Shown here one piece after another: positions 6,688-15,988 of a stretch of DNA of 32,000 bases. Position 1 is the stretch's first letter. Each line of letters starts with the position of its first letter. Both the position numbers and the translations under genes were made by a program. The stretch covers positions 4,530,001 through 4,562,000 of the forward strand of contig NZ_CP064923.1 in assembly GCF_018336915.1 (NCBI RefSeq). The letters are read 5' to 3'. This DNA comes from Acaryochloris marina S15 (GTDB lineage: Bacteria > Cyanobacteriota > Cyanobacteriia > Thermosynechococcales > Thermosynechococcaceae). The notes beneath the pieces are model-generated. The model was not told the DNA's origin. It ran no database searches and was given only the letters and a program-made list of their open reading frames with translations.

Positions 6688-8037
6688 TTACTCAAGTTGG
6701 GAAGATAACTCTTGCCTCAGGCGATAAAGCACCATCTGTGGTTGCAATTGCTTGAGAATATCTTGGATCAAGGTGCTAGCCCCCAAGGGGCTCCAAGTAT
6801 AGCCATTGATCAAATAGGCTTGCGTTTGTTTACCCACCCGCTGAGCCCCATATAAACTCACCCCTGCTTGGAGGAGTCCTGTTCCCACCCAAGGCAAAAA
6901 ACCTAGGGATATATGACTCACCCAATTAGATAGGGTAGGCGTACTCATTTCCACCACAACCAAACTGGCGAGACTCAACAAGATTTGGCCCCACAGTTGA
7001 TTCACCTGATGCCGATGGGTTGGGAGGCGATAGAGTTTGACAAGCGTGCCGATCAAGAGCAAATCCGCTAGGAGACCGATGGTGACATCGAGGAAGGATA
7101 GGGGACAAACCGCAATTAGAGCCGCTTTTAAGCGAGCATATTGACCAATACAGGCTTTGCCCGATTGCGCCTCATAGGTCTGAACATGTTCCGCAATATC
7201 GCGTTCTACACTTTGGACTTGTAAAAGCGTATTTAAGACTAACAGTGTACGGCCTTCTCGCTGAATCAATTGGAGCAACGCCGATCGTAGGGGTTCAATA
7301 TTAGCCGGTGGCGTTTCCCAATCGTTTGTAGTCCGACCATCCGGCCATTCAACGCGGATTTCCACAGGCGCTGGAGCAGCTGAGGTCAGTAAAATATCTT
7401 GCGGAGTCAGAACTTGTTGTAATGGCACTGCCAGACGTTCATAGACCCTGGCAGCATCTAAATCAGGATAGAGGTCTGCTTTATTCACAACAATCAAAAG
7501 GGGACGACCCGATTGTCGTAAGGCTTTGAGCGCTTCCAGCTCTAAGGCCGTGGGAGGACCCGCAATAATGAACAGAATCAGATCGGCAGCTTGGGCAATT
7601 TCCTGAGCCATTTGCGCTCGCCCCTGCCCCTCAATTTCGTCTAGGCCAGGGGTATCAATGAGCTCAATTTGTAAGTCAGATAGACCCTTAGCGATCTCCG
7701 GTGACCAACGAACCGAACGAGGCCATTGTGTTTCACCATTCAGGGGGCCTACAGGGAAAATAGGCTCAGCAAATAGAGCATTCAGAACAGCCGATTTTCC
7801 CCGACTCACAAATCCAAAAGTCGCAATTTGGAAGATGCCTTGATTGAGCTTCAAACTTAAGCCTGATAAGATGCCAAGCTGATTTTGCAGCTCTGTTTGC
7901 AGGAGAACTGGAAACGTCTCAACTTGCTTGATAACGGTTTGGATACTGAGATGAGCACGCTGATGAACCGTCACAGACTCACTGGCAGAGATATTCTCCC
8001 TAGGTGCAGACTGAACGTCCGGCGGGGACTGAGCCAC
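6688..8037 (-). CDS. Membrane-associated GTP-binding protein (GTPase domain plus a DUF697-like C-terminal membrane domain)
   Basis: G1 GFVSRGKSAVLNAL, G3 DTPGLDE and G4 NKAD, followed by hydrophobic C-terminal segments. The start is GTG at 8037, 5 nt after the stop of the upstream paralog. Confidence 0.8.
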   Translation of the reverse strand: MAQSPPDVQSAPRENISASESVTVHQRAHLSIQTVIKQVETFPVLLQTELQNQLGILSGLSLKLNQGIFQIATFGFVSRGKSAVLNALFAEPIFPVGPLNGETQWPRSVRWSPEIAKGLSDLQIELIDTPGLDEIEGQGRAQMAQEIAQAADLILFIIAGPPTALELEALKALRQSGRPLLIVVNKADLYPDLDAARVYERLAVPLQQVLTPQDILLTSAAPAPVEIRVEWPDGRTTNDWETPPANIEPLRSALLQLIQREGRTLLVLNTLLQVQSVERDIAEHVQTYEAQSGKACIGQYARLKAALIAVCPLSFLDVTIGLLADLLLIGTLVKLYRLPTHRHQVNQLWGQILLSLASLVVVEMSTPTLSNWVSHISLGFLPWVGTGLLQAGVSLYGAQRVGKQTQAYLINGYTWSPLGASTLIQDILKQLQPQMVLYRLRQELSSQLE

Positions 8038-8042
8038 GGCTT

Positions 8043-9521
8043 CTAGGATGCAGGAGCTTCTAATAATCCACCTTGACGGCGGAAACGACCAATAGACTGC
8101 TGAGCAAAGTCTTTAAGCGCATCCACCTTCTGATGTTCTTGAAAGACTTTTGCCACAATCTGCTTCAGCTTTTCAGGATCCCAATTCGATTCGGGAGCTG
8201 CTACAGCTAGATCACTCAGCTCTTGGAAGTGCTCTATCAAACTCAACCCGGCAATTCGCGTCAAATGGGCAGTACTCACCCCTTGAACCAGTCCTCCGGC
8301 GACAAAGGTAAAGTGGTGTCCTTTGAGCAAAGAGCTCAGGGCTTGAGTCGAGACTTCGACTAAACCTAGCTTGAGCATGGCCGTTGCTAAGGTACTCGCA
8401 ACGGCTTGGGCTTGAGCCAGAGAAAACTTCAGACGATACAAAGACCCCAAATCCATTACCATTTTGGCGCTAATCGCAGCGGCAGCCAACATATCCAAAG
8501 TAGGAACGGGATTGGCAAAGGCAGTCGCCCCTGTAATCCACTGATAGCGCTCGATAATGGGGGCGGCATGCCGACGACGCACATCGTTCAGTTCAGCTTG
8601 TATCTGAGTTCGTAAAGCGACGGTCTGTTGATAGGTCTGGAACAAAATCAGCTGTGCTTTCTCAGCAGCCATCACTTGATCTAGACATTGAGTTAAGCCT
8701 GATAAATCTGGCTGGGGACGTTCTAGATCTTCTTGGCAGGAGCCATCTTCGCTGTAGCGACGGACCTTAACAGCTTGGGGATGGGCAGAAGTAGAAACAA
8801 TATCTGACTCTGACAGCCAAGGCTGCAATCGTTGCTGCAATTTCTGCTGCAAAATTAAGCGCTGGGTCGGTAGGTATTGATCTTGCTTATTAAAAACCAC
8901 CAAGACTCGCTGTTTATGAGCCTGCAATGTTTGTAAGCATTGATGTTCAGAGTCTGTTAAATCACCCTGAATGACGTAAAGGATGAGATCAGCAGCCATC
9001 ACAGATGGAGAAATCTCTAAGGTCGCGGAATGAGATAGGCTCCCTATTTCAGTAATCACACAAGCCTCTTTCAAGGATTGATACCGGGTTTGTAGTAACT
9101 CCACCAACGTCGATTTACCGACTCCAGGCGCTCCCGTTACCAAAAGGTGAGGTTCCTGTCGATACAGATCTATTTTCCCGAGCTGCTCCTTAAAGGCTAC
9201 AGATTGGGGAGTGGTTTCTGCAAGGGTTTCCAGCTGCTCAATCAACGACTCGCTAGTGGCCACTGCTTTTTCTAAAATGGGTCGAGAGACCTGAGTAGCA
9301 TCTAGATCTGGGATTTGGCGTTTCAATCCTGGAAAGAATTTGAGGCTAACAGCCAAGCTACCTAAGCCTAGGACCATCCCAGCCGTTAAAAATTCAGAAA
9401 ATCCGTGGTTGCCACCGGGAATCAAGAACCAAATGAACAAGACAAGGGTGCCAGCACCCCAAAAAATCCGTTGTGATGATTGAGCAGCCATAGACTTAGA
9501 GATCCTAAACAATCTTGACAT
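8043..9521 (-). CDS. Membrane-anchored GTPase-like protein (paralog of 6688..8037) with a DUF697-like C-terminus and no recognisable DxxG
   Basis: It has two N-terminal transmembrane segments, G1 GAPGVGKSTLVELL and G4 NKQD. There is no DxxG between G1 and G4. The C-terminal ERYQWITGATAFANPVPTLDMLAAAAISAKMVMDLGSLYRL is DUF697-like. Confidence 0.78.
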   Translation of the reverse strand: MSRLFRISKSMAAQSSQRIFWGAGTLVLFIWFLIPGGNHGFSEFLTAGMVLGLGSLAVSLKFFPGLKRQIPDLDATQVSRPILEKAVATSESLIEQLETLAETTPQSVAFKEQLGKIDLYRQEPHLLVTGAPGVGKSTLVELLQTRYQSLKEACVITEIGSLSHSATLEISPSVMAADLILYVIQGDLTDSEHQCLQTLQAHKQRVLVVFNKQDQYLPTQRLILQQKLQQRLQPWLSESDIVSTSAHPQAVKVRRYSEDGSCQEDLERPQPDLSGLTQCLDQVMAAEKAQLILFQTYQQTVALRTQIQAELNDVRRRHAAPIIERYQWITGATAFANPVPTLDMLAAAAISAKMVMDLGSLYRLKFSLAQAQAVASTLATAMLKLGLVEVSTQALSSLLKGHHFTFVAGGLVQGVSTAHLTRIAGLSLIEHFQELSDLAVAAPESNWDPEKLKQIVAKVFQEHQKVDALKDFAQQSIGRFRRQGGLLEAPAS

Positions 9522-9570
9522 CCCGTCCCCGCCATTCTCGCAGATTGCTAGGGAAAATGTCAGAGACTTT

Positions 9571-9606
9571 AAAAAAAGAATACCCCAGAGATAAATATCT
9601 CTGGGG
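9571..9606 (-). terminator. Rho-independent terminator downstream of tRNA-fMet
   Basis: On the minus strand, CCCCAGAGATA-tt-TATCTCTGGGG (9606..9583, an 11-bp perfect inverted repeat) is followed by TATTCTTTTTTT (9582..9571). The hairpin starts 12 nt after the tRNA 3' end. Confidence 0.65.
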
Positions 9607-9618
9607 CACCCTTAGCAC

Positions 9619-9695
<77 letters not shown>

Positions 9696-9707
9696 GCGCG
9701 AAACCTC

Positions 9708-9737
9708 AGTATAGACATCAATGAGTACACTTGGCAA
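9708..9737 (-). promoter_or_regulatory. Putative sigma-70-type promoter for tRNA-fMet
   Basis: On the minus strand there is a -35 TTGCCA (9737..9732), an 18-nt spacer and a -10 TATACT (9713..9708). The -10 ends 12 nt before the mature tRNA 5' end. Confidence 0.45.
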
Positions 9738-10071
9738 CTTATCCTTCCAGATTAGTAATTTATTTCTATCTCTTTAAGGATATTTAGGCAGAGTCCTGGG
9801 CTGAACAAGCTGCAAACCTGTTTAAAAATCTAGGTCCAGAATCGACCTAAAGACTGTATAGACTAGCTTTCAGATCGTCATTAGCTTTGACGAAAGCTCT
9901 AATATAGATGGATGATCTTGATGCACCCTTCAGAATTAATTTTTTCGAGATTTTATTAAGTTACGTAAATACTCACGTTTTACCCCATGTTTGCTAGTGA
10001 ATTGACCATTTATTCCATGAGCTTGGGCTTATAATCTTACACACCAAATTACTAAATCTAGGCTCAGCATA

Positions 10072-11787
10072 ATGGCAATGGCTCAGTATAGGTTTATCAA
10101 TAACCTACACTTTCGCAACTTTCAAGGCGATCTGCTGGGTGGAATGACTGCAGCGATTGTTGCATTACCCTTAGCCCTCGCTTTTGGGGTTTCCGCTACT
10201 GCAGATGTCCCCACTAACTCAGGTGCCATCGCTGGCTTATATGGTGCCATTGGTGTCGGTTTCTTTGCATCCCTTTGCGGAGGAACACCCTCGCAAATTT
10301 CGGGCCCCACGGGCCCCATGTCCGTCGTCATGGCAACCATTTTTGCAGCCTTGATGAAGGATGACCCCGAAACTGGACTAGCCATGGCCTTTACGGTCGT
10401 CATGATGGCGGGGTTGTTCCAAATTTTATTTGGGGTCTTGCGGCTAGGGAAATACATCACATTAATGCCCTACACCGTTATCTCCGGGTTTATGTCCGGC
10501 GTGGGTTTGATCATTATTACGCTGCAAATTGCACCGTTATTAGGCCATAACGCCTCTTCTAAAGTCGTTAGTGCGATTCAACAACTCCCAGGCGTGGTTA
10601 TAGATATCAATCCTGTCGCCCTAGGCTTAGGACTGCTAACCCTTGTGATTGTGTTTGCAGCCCCGCCTCAATTGAATCGCATTCTGCCAGCACCACTCAT
10701 CGCCCTGGTTGTCTGTACTTTAGTGTCGGTTTATGGCTTTCCCGATAGTGGTATTCCGGTGATTGGGCATATCTCTGCCGGTCTACCAGAGCCACATCTG
10801 CCAGTATTCCAGATGAAATATGCCAAAACCATGCTGGGCTACAGTGTGATGTTGGCCATGTTGGGGTCCATTGACTCGCTCCTAACCTCATTAGTCGCCG
10901 ACAACATCACTCATACTCAGCATGATTCCGATCGAGAACTAATCGGCCAGGGTCTAGGGAATCTTATGGCTGGGGTCATGGGAGGCTTACCGGGCGCGGG
11001 GGCAACGATGCGGACCGTGATTAATGCGAAGTCTGGCGGTCAAACCCCTTTATCCGGCATTATTCATGCGGTTGTGCTGGCCGTTATTGTCATCGGTGCA
11101 TCCCCCATGACTGAACCGATTCCCAATGCTGTTTTAGCCGGAATTCTGATTAAAGTGGGGATTGACATTATTGACTGGAGTTTCCTCAAACGGGCTCACC
11201 GACTGTCCCTGAAAGGGGCAGGAGTCATGTATCTGGTCATGTTCTTGACGGTGTTTGTAGACTTAGTCACTGCGGTTGCCGTTGGTGCTTTTCTAGCTAA
11301 TCTATTGACGATTAAGAGTCTGACTGATCTACAAGTACAAACCATGCGGACGATTACGGGCCCCACGGATGACCAGCAGATCAATCAGGCCGAGAAAGAT
11401 ATTATTACCAAAGCCCAAGGCCAAATCCTGCTCTTTTTCTTTAGTGGTCCCATGAGTTTTGGCGCAGCCAAGTCTATCTCTCAGCGACTATCTATTGTTA
11501 AAGCCTATAAAGTTTTGATTTTAGACATGAGTGATGTAACCCGAGTGGGAATAACGGCTTCTTTAGCCATCGAAAATATCCTCAAGGATGCGGAGAATAC
11601 GGGGAAAGTGGTGTTTCTGGTGGGCGTACACGGCCAGGTTGCAGAACGTTTGCATCGGATTGAATCCATTCATAATCTCCCCAAAGATAGTTGGTTTAAT
11701 CGTCGATTAGATGCTCTGAACGAAGCGGCTGCACTTCTCTATGTGCCCCTATCTCGCAGTCGGCTTCCTACCGAACCTGAGGTTTAG
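10072..11787 (+). CDS. SulP-family inorganic anion transporter with a C-terminal STAS domain (BicA-like, possible bicarbonate transporter)
   Basis: 571 aa. The N-terminus HFRNFQGDLLGGMTAAIVALPLALAFGV and the conserved SGPTGPMSVVMA, PYTVISGFMSGVG, ELIGQGLGNLMAG, AGATMRTVIN and GIDIIDWSFLKRAH are SulP/BicA-type. The C-terminal ~130 aa (ILLFFFSGPMSFGAAKSI...) is a STAS domain. Confidence 0.88.
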   Translation: MAMAQYRFINNLHFRNFQGDLLGGMTAAIVALPLALAFGVSATADVPTNSGAIAGLYGAIGVGFFASLCGGTPSQISGPTGPMSVVMATIFAALMKDDPETGLAMAFTVVMMAGLFQILFGVLRLGKYITLMPYTVISGFMSGVGLIIITLQIAPLLGHNASSKVVSAIQQLPGVVIDINPVALGLGLLTLVIVFAAPPQLNRILPAPLIALVVCTLVSVYGFPDSGIPVIGHISAGLPEPHLPVFQMKYAKTMLGYSVMLAMLGSIDSLLTSLVADNITHTQHDSDRELIGQGLGNLMAGVMGGLPGAGATMRTVINAKSGGQTPLSGIIHAVVLAVIVIGASPMTEPIPNAVLAGILIKVGIDIIDWSFLKRAHRLSLKGAGVMYLVMFLTVFVDLVTAVAVGAFLANLLTIKSLTDLQVQTMRTITGPTDDQQINQAEKDIITKAQGQILLFFFSGPMSFGAAKSISQRLSIVKAYKVLILDMSDVTRVGITASLAIENILKDAENTGKVVFLVGVHGQVAERLHRIESIHNLPKDSWFNRRLDALNEAAALLYVPLSRSRLPTEPEV

Positions 11788-11845
11788 ATTTCACTCAATA
11801 AAAAAGCTGCTGTTTAAAACAGCAGCTTTTTTATTGAGTGAAATC
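11787..11845. terminator. Bidirectional rho-independent terminator: a 59-bp perfect palindrome between the convergent SulP and sigA genes
   Basis: gatttcactcaataaaaaagctgctgttt-a-aaacagcagcttttttattgagtgaaatc has 29-nt arms around one central base. The GC core AGCTGCTG/CAGCAGCT is followed by TTTTTTATT on both strands. It starts at the last base of the SulP stop codon and ends 11 nt before the sigA stop. Confidence 0.75.
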
Positions 11846-11856
11846 CCGTAAAGAGA

Positions 11857-12972
11857 CTAGCGGATATATTCTTTCAAAACGCTATTGCGGTTGGGATGGC
11901 GCAACTTACGTAGAGCCTTGGCTTCGATTTGGCGAATCCGCTCACGGGTAACGTTAAAGATCTGACCAATTTCTTCTAGGGTCTTCATGCGGCCATCATC
12001 TAGGCCGTAGCGCAACTTCAATACATCACGCTCACGAGGGCTGAGGGTATCTAGAACTGTTTCTAGATCTTCGCGAAGTAAGCTCTTGGATACCTGATCT
12101 TCGGGTGTTTCACCATCCGACTCGATGAAGTCGCCTAAGCGGGAATCCTCTTCTTTACCGATGGGCGTTTCTAAGGAGATGGGTAATTGAGCTGACTTAG
12201 CGATGAAACGCAACTTCTCGATGGTCATTTCCATACGAGTGGCAATTTCTTCTTCCGTGGGCTTGCGCCCCATTTCTTGAGAGAGCAATTTGGTGGTTTT
12301 CTTGATACGAGAAATGGTTTCGTATAGGTGAACGGGGAGGCGAATGGTGCGAGACTGATCTGCGATCGCACGGGTGATGGCCTGACGAATCCACCAGGTG
12401 GCATAGGTGGAGAACTTGTATCCTTTCTCGTGGTCGAATTTCTCAGCGGCTCGAATCAAACCGAGGCTACCCTCTTGAATCAGATCTTGGAAAGACAGTC
12501 CCCGATTCATATATTTTTTAGCAATGGACACAACCAGTCTGAGGTTGGACTGGACCATCTTGTCTTTAGCTCTGCGGCCTGCATGGAGACGATGACGGAA
12601 ACGGTTGAGGGGCATATCAACTTCTAACGCCCACTCTTGAAGTTGAGGTTCACGTTCTAGCCGATCAAAGAGATCGTCATAGACACGCTCTAGCTCCAGC
12701 AAATCTGCAATCTTACGAGCCAGTTCAATCTCTTCATCAGCCCGGAGTAAGCGAATTCTACCGATTTCTTGTAAATACAGCCGGATGGAATCTTCCGTGT
12801 AATGCTTCTTTTTGGATTGACCGCGACGACGGGCTGTACGAGCTTTAGTCGTTTTTCCACCATCGCCAGCTTGGTTATCCTCACTAGTGCTACTGGCAGC
12901 ATCCTCAACTAGATTATCTAAATGATTAGCCGGAGCTTGGATAGCTTCTAGTACATTATTGGCTTGGGTCAT
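11857..12972 (-). CDS. sigA: Principal (group 1) RNA polymerase sigma factor SigA/RpoD
   Basis: 371 aa. It has a basic N-terminal tract ([14 protein letters not shown]), region 1.2 [27 protein letters not shown], region 2 [33 protein letters not shown], and region 4 [41 protein letters not shown]. Confidence 0.92.
   Translation of the reverse strand: MTQANNVLEAIQAPANHLDNLVEDAASSTSEDNQAGDGGKTTKARTARRRGQSKKKHYTEDSIRLYLQEIGRIRLLRADEEIELARKIADLLELERVYDDLFDRLEREPQLQEWALEVDMPLNRFRHRLHAGRRAKDKMVQSNLRLVVSIAKKYMNRGLSFQDLIQEGSLGLIRAAEKFDHEKGYKFSTYATWWIRQAITRAIADQSRTIRLPVHLYETISRIKKTTKLLSQEMGRKPTEEEIATRMEMTIEKLRFIAKSAQLPISLETPIGKEEDSRLGDFIESDGETPEDQVSKSLLREDLETVLDTLSPRERDVLKLRYGLDDGRMKTLEEIGQIFNVTRERIRQIEAKALRKLRHPNRNSVLKEYIR
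12362..12369. repeat. HIP1 octamer GCGATCGC
   Basis: Exact match, inside sigA. Confidence 0.95.
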
Positions 12973-13624
12973 GCCGGATTCCTCAATACTCCCTAATTAA
13001 GACGATAGGAGAACCATTATTTACTCACTACAACCGAATCTAACAAATTCAGTCAAGGATGTGGATTTAGACACCGAATCGGCTTACCTTAACAGTATAT
13101 GCAAGGCAATTCAAAGCCTAAGCGAAAGACCAAACACAGTCCTGCATTGGGCTTCGGCCATTCGACTATCGCTAAACCTCCACGATTGTAGCCTTTCTCA
13201 CAAAAATTGGGGGAGTCTACAACGACTTCCACCGCAATTATGACTTAAACCTTTCAAAACGACATCCTTGCTCTAATTTCCAGAATGCGTTATGGAACAC
13301 AGAGAAAGCCCCCTGCTGTCGTTTGAGCTTTATATCTCTTAGTAGAGCACTTTATTGATGTGGAGCACCACAATCGAGTGATCTAATTCACTTTGGCCTC
13401 AATAGGGTACGACCCATTGAGCACTAGATGTAGCGTATAGAAGCGGGATAAATTCACCAGATTTAGGGCTTGCATGGATTAATCTGTAGGTGAAAAAGCC
13501 CCAGGGAGACAATAGCAAAACTTAACTTTACTTGAATTATATTAAGATTTCTTAATTATCATAGTAGAGATTTTTCTAGCAAACCATAACACTGGAATTT
13601 AATCTGTGTTGTGGAGAACAATCT

Positions 13625-15988
13625 TTAACCTGTTAAAGAAAGGCGTCTTAAGCGAAGAGAATTGGTCACCACACTCACAGAGCTGAACGCCATCAGGGCT
13701 GCCGACGAGGCTGGGCTGAGCAAAATCCCAAATTTAGGTAAAAGGATGCCTGCTGCCACGGGCAAGCCGATGAGATTATAAATCAATGCCCAAAACAGAT
13801 TCTGTTGAATTTTCCGAAAGGTTGCTCGGCTCAAACGCAAAACATCTACTAGACGATATAAAGGATTGGCATCTCCAGACATCAGGATAATTTGGGCCGT
13901 TTCTATCGCCACGTCTGTGCCCCCGCTCAAAGAAATACCAACATTGGCTTGGGCTAAAGCGGGGGCATCATTAATCCCATCCCCAATCATGCCGACTTGA
14001 TGTCCTTGAGCTTGCAGTTCAGCAATAAAAGCAGCCTTGCCCCCAGGCGTCACACCAGCCTGCACTGCGGTCGGATCTAAATCCAGTTCTTGAGCAACGA
14101 TATGAGCTGTTGCGGCTTGATCGCCTGTTAACATCTGTATCCGCAATCCCAGGCGTTGGAGTTCTTTCAAAGTTTGGCCTGCTTCAGACCTCAGGGTGTC
14201 TTGAACGGCCAGTCCCCCTACATAGGTGTGGTCAACAGCCAAATGAATCAGGGTCTTGCCTGCTTGGGCCAACTGGTGTCCCTGGTGCTGATTTTGCTGG
14301 GGAATCAAGATTCCACAGTCTTGTAGCCATTGTGCTGAACCTAAACGAGCCAAGGCCCCATCAATCTGGCCTGTCACGCCACATCCAGGAACTGTTTCTA
14401 AGGCTGTTGCCGAGAGGTAGGCAAGGTCTTGGGCGTCAGCCTGTTCCACAATCGCTGTAGCCAGGGGATGTCGGCTGCCCTTTTCCAAGCTGGCAGCTAG
14501 CTGCAAAACGGTCTGGGACGAGAGGTCTTCACCCACCGGAAGAGGTGAACTTTCTGATACCCAATAATCTGTGACCTGTGGATGTCCTGTGGTTAGGGTG
14601 CCTGTTTTATCAAATACGAGGGTATCGAGGCGATCCACTTGCTCTAATACATCTCCCCCTCGAATCAACAGACCCCGCTCTGCCCCCAGGCTTGTTCCAA
14701 CTAAAATAGCCGTGGGAGTCGCCAAGCCTAATGCACAGGGACAGGCGATAACGAGTACGGCAATCGCCAACTTGAGTCCCAGTAAAATGCCAGCGGCTCG
14801 AGGAGCCATCTCTGCTGCGACCCCGCTGGGACTATGCGTCATCGGCAGCGTACCTTGGGTGAGGACTTCAGGCCAAAGATGAACGCCAATCCCCACCCAG
14901 AACAGGAAGGTGAGGGTTGCGATCGCAAGGACGCCATAGGTGAAATATCCAGCCACCCGATCGGCAAATTGCTGAATCGGAGCTTTTCGAGTTTGGGCCG
15001 TTTCTACCAGATCAATAATTTGAGCGAGGGTGGTTTGTTGACCCGTGCGGGTCGCTTCGATGGTGATCAGGGCCGATTGATTGAGGGTGCCAGCAACAAC
15101 ATCATCCCCCACTATCTTAGGGACAGGCATGGCTTCCCCCGTTAACATGGCTTCATCCACCAGGGTGCTTCCCTCTAGGACACAACCATCCACAGGGAAC
15201 TTATCTCCAGGCAAAACCTGCAGCCAAGCCCCTATCTGCACATCCCGAGCTGGAATTTCTACGAATCGCTCTGGCTGCACCTGTGGATTTGGGAGCCATC
15301 GCGCCACCATCGGCTGCAAAGCCAATAACTTCTCCAGGGAAGCTTTAGTTCGCCCCCTAGCCTGAGATTCTAAAGCTCTCCCCAACAAAATCAGACCGAC
15401 AATCATGACCGGCGCATCGAAAAAGCAGTCCCAATATAATTGCGGCCAGACAACGGCCACTACGCTGGCGAGATAGGCTGTCACGCTACCTAGACTAATC
15501 AAGGTGTTCATATTGGGGCGATTTTGCCACAGGCCTTGCCAGCCTTCCCGCAAAATGGGACGTCCAGGACCTAGCAGTGCTAAGGTTGCCAGTCCCCAGT
15601 GAAACTGAATGCTAGTGAGCCAGGGCAAGGTAAAACCAGGGATATGCCCCAAATGTCCCACCCCCGATAGCACAACTAATACAGTTGCCAGAATCAAGGG
15701 TTGAGTCTCTTTTAGCACCTGAGTGGGCGTTTCAGGCCCACCTTCTCGGTTTTGGACATGGCTGGGAAACCCTGCCGTGGTTAAGACTTTCGCTAAACTA
15801 TCCGGCTCAATTTCTTGGGGGATATATTCAATGGCCGCCTGTTCAGTCACTAAATTGACCACCGCCGTTGCCACACCAGGCTGTTGCTGTAAGCGTTTTT
15901 CCACAGCTTGAACACAGCCGGCACATTTCATGCCGGAGACAGCTAAGACAATCTGCTGAGTAGAGGGGGGAGGAGATAGAGAAGTCAT
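13625..15988 (-). CDS. Copper-translocating P1B-type ATPase (CtaA/PacS-like)
   Basis: HMA domain GMKCAGCVQAVEKRL, transmembrane CPCALGLATP, phosphorylation site DKTGTLT, SRHPLA and hinge GDGINDAPAL. The preferred start is the ATG at 15988..15986 (MTSLSPPP...), which shares its A with the dacB TGA stop. The alternative start is the ATG at 16015. Confidence 0.9.
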   Translation of the reverse strand: MTSLSPPPSTQQIVLAVSGMKCAGCVQAVEKRLQQQPGVATAVVNLVTEQAAIEYIPQEIEPDSLAKVLTTAGFPSHVQNREGGPETPTQVLKETQPLILATVLVVLSGVGHLGHIPGFTLPWLTSIQFHWGLATLALLGPGRPILREGWQGLWQNRPNMNTLISLGSVTAYLASVVAVVWPQLYWDCFFDAPVMIVGLILLGRALESQARGRTKASLEKLLALQPMVARWLPNPQVQPERFVEIPARDVQIGAWLQVLPGDKFPVDGCVLEGSTLVDEAMLTGEAMPVPKIVGDDVVAGTLNQSALITIEATRTGQQTTLAQIIDLVETAQTRKAPIQQFADRVAGYFTYGVLAIATLTFLFWVGIGVHLWPEVLTQGTLPMTHSPSGVAAEMAPRAAGILLGLKLAIAVLVIACPCALGLATPTAILVGTSLGAERGLLIRGGDVLEQVDRLDTLVFDKTGTLTTGHPQVTDYWVSESSPLPVGEDLSSQTVLQLAASLEKGSRHPLATAIVEQADAQDLAYLSATALETVPGCGVTGQIDGALARLGSAQWLQDCGILIPQQNQHQGHQLAQAGKTLIHLAVDHTYVGGLAVQDTLRSEAGQTLKELQRLGLRIQMLTGDQAATAHIVAQELDLDPTAVQAGVTPGGKAAFIAELQAQGHQVGMIGDGINDAPALAQANVGISLSGGTDVAIETAQIILMSGDANPLYRLVDVLRLSRATFRKIQQNLFWALIYNLIGLPVAAGILLPKFGILLSPASSAALMAFSSVSVVTNSLRLRRLSLTG
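14919..14926. repeat. HIP1 octamer GCGATCGC
   Basis: Exact match, inside the Cu-ATPase gene. Confidence 0.95.

Noticed and set aside
13061-13243. 60-aa ORF in the sigA upstream region
   Set aside because: It has a GTG start, no SD and no recognisable motif. It is more likely untranslated leader or promoter DNA. It remains part of the region flagged for transcript mapping.
14110-15911. Five plus-strand ORFs (14110..14460, 14571..14882, 14834..15145, 15081..15365 and 15723..15911) inside the Cu-ATPase gene
   Set aside because: They are antisense to a gene with unambiguous P-type ATPase motifs throughout. Their products are Pro/Arg/Ser/Gly-rich, as expected for an antisense frame of moderately GC-rich coding DNA.
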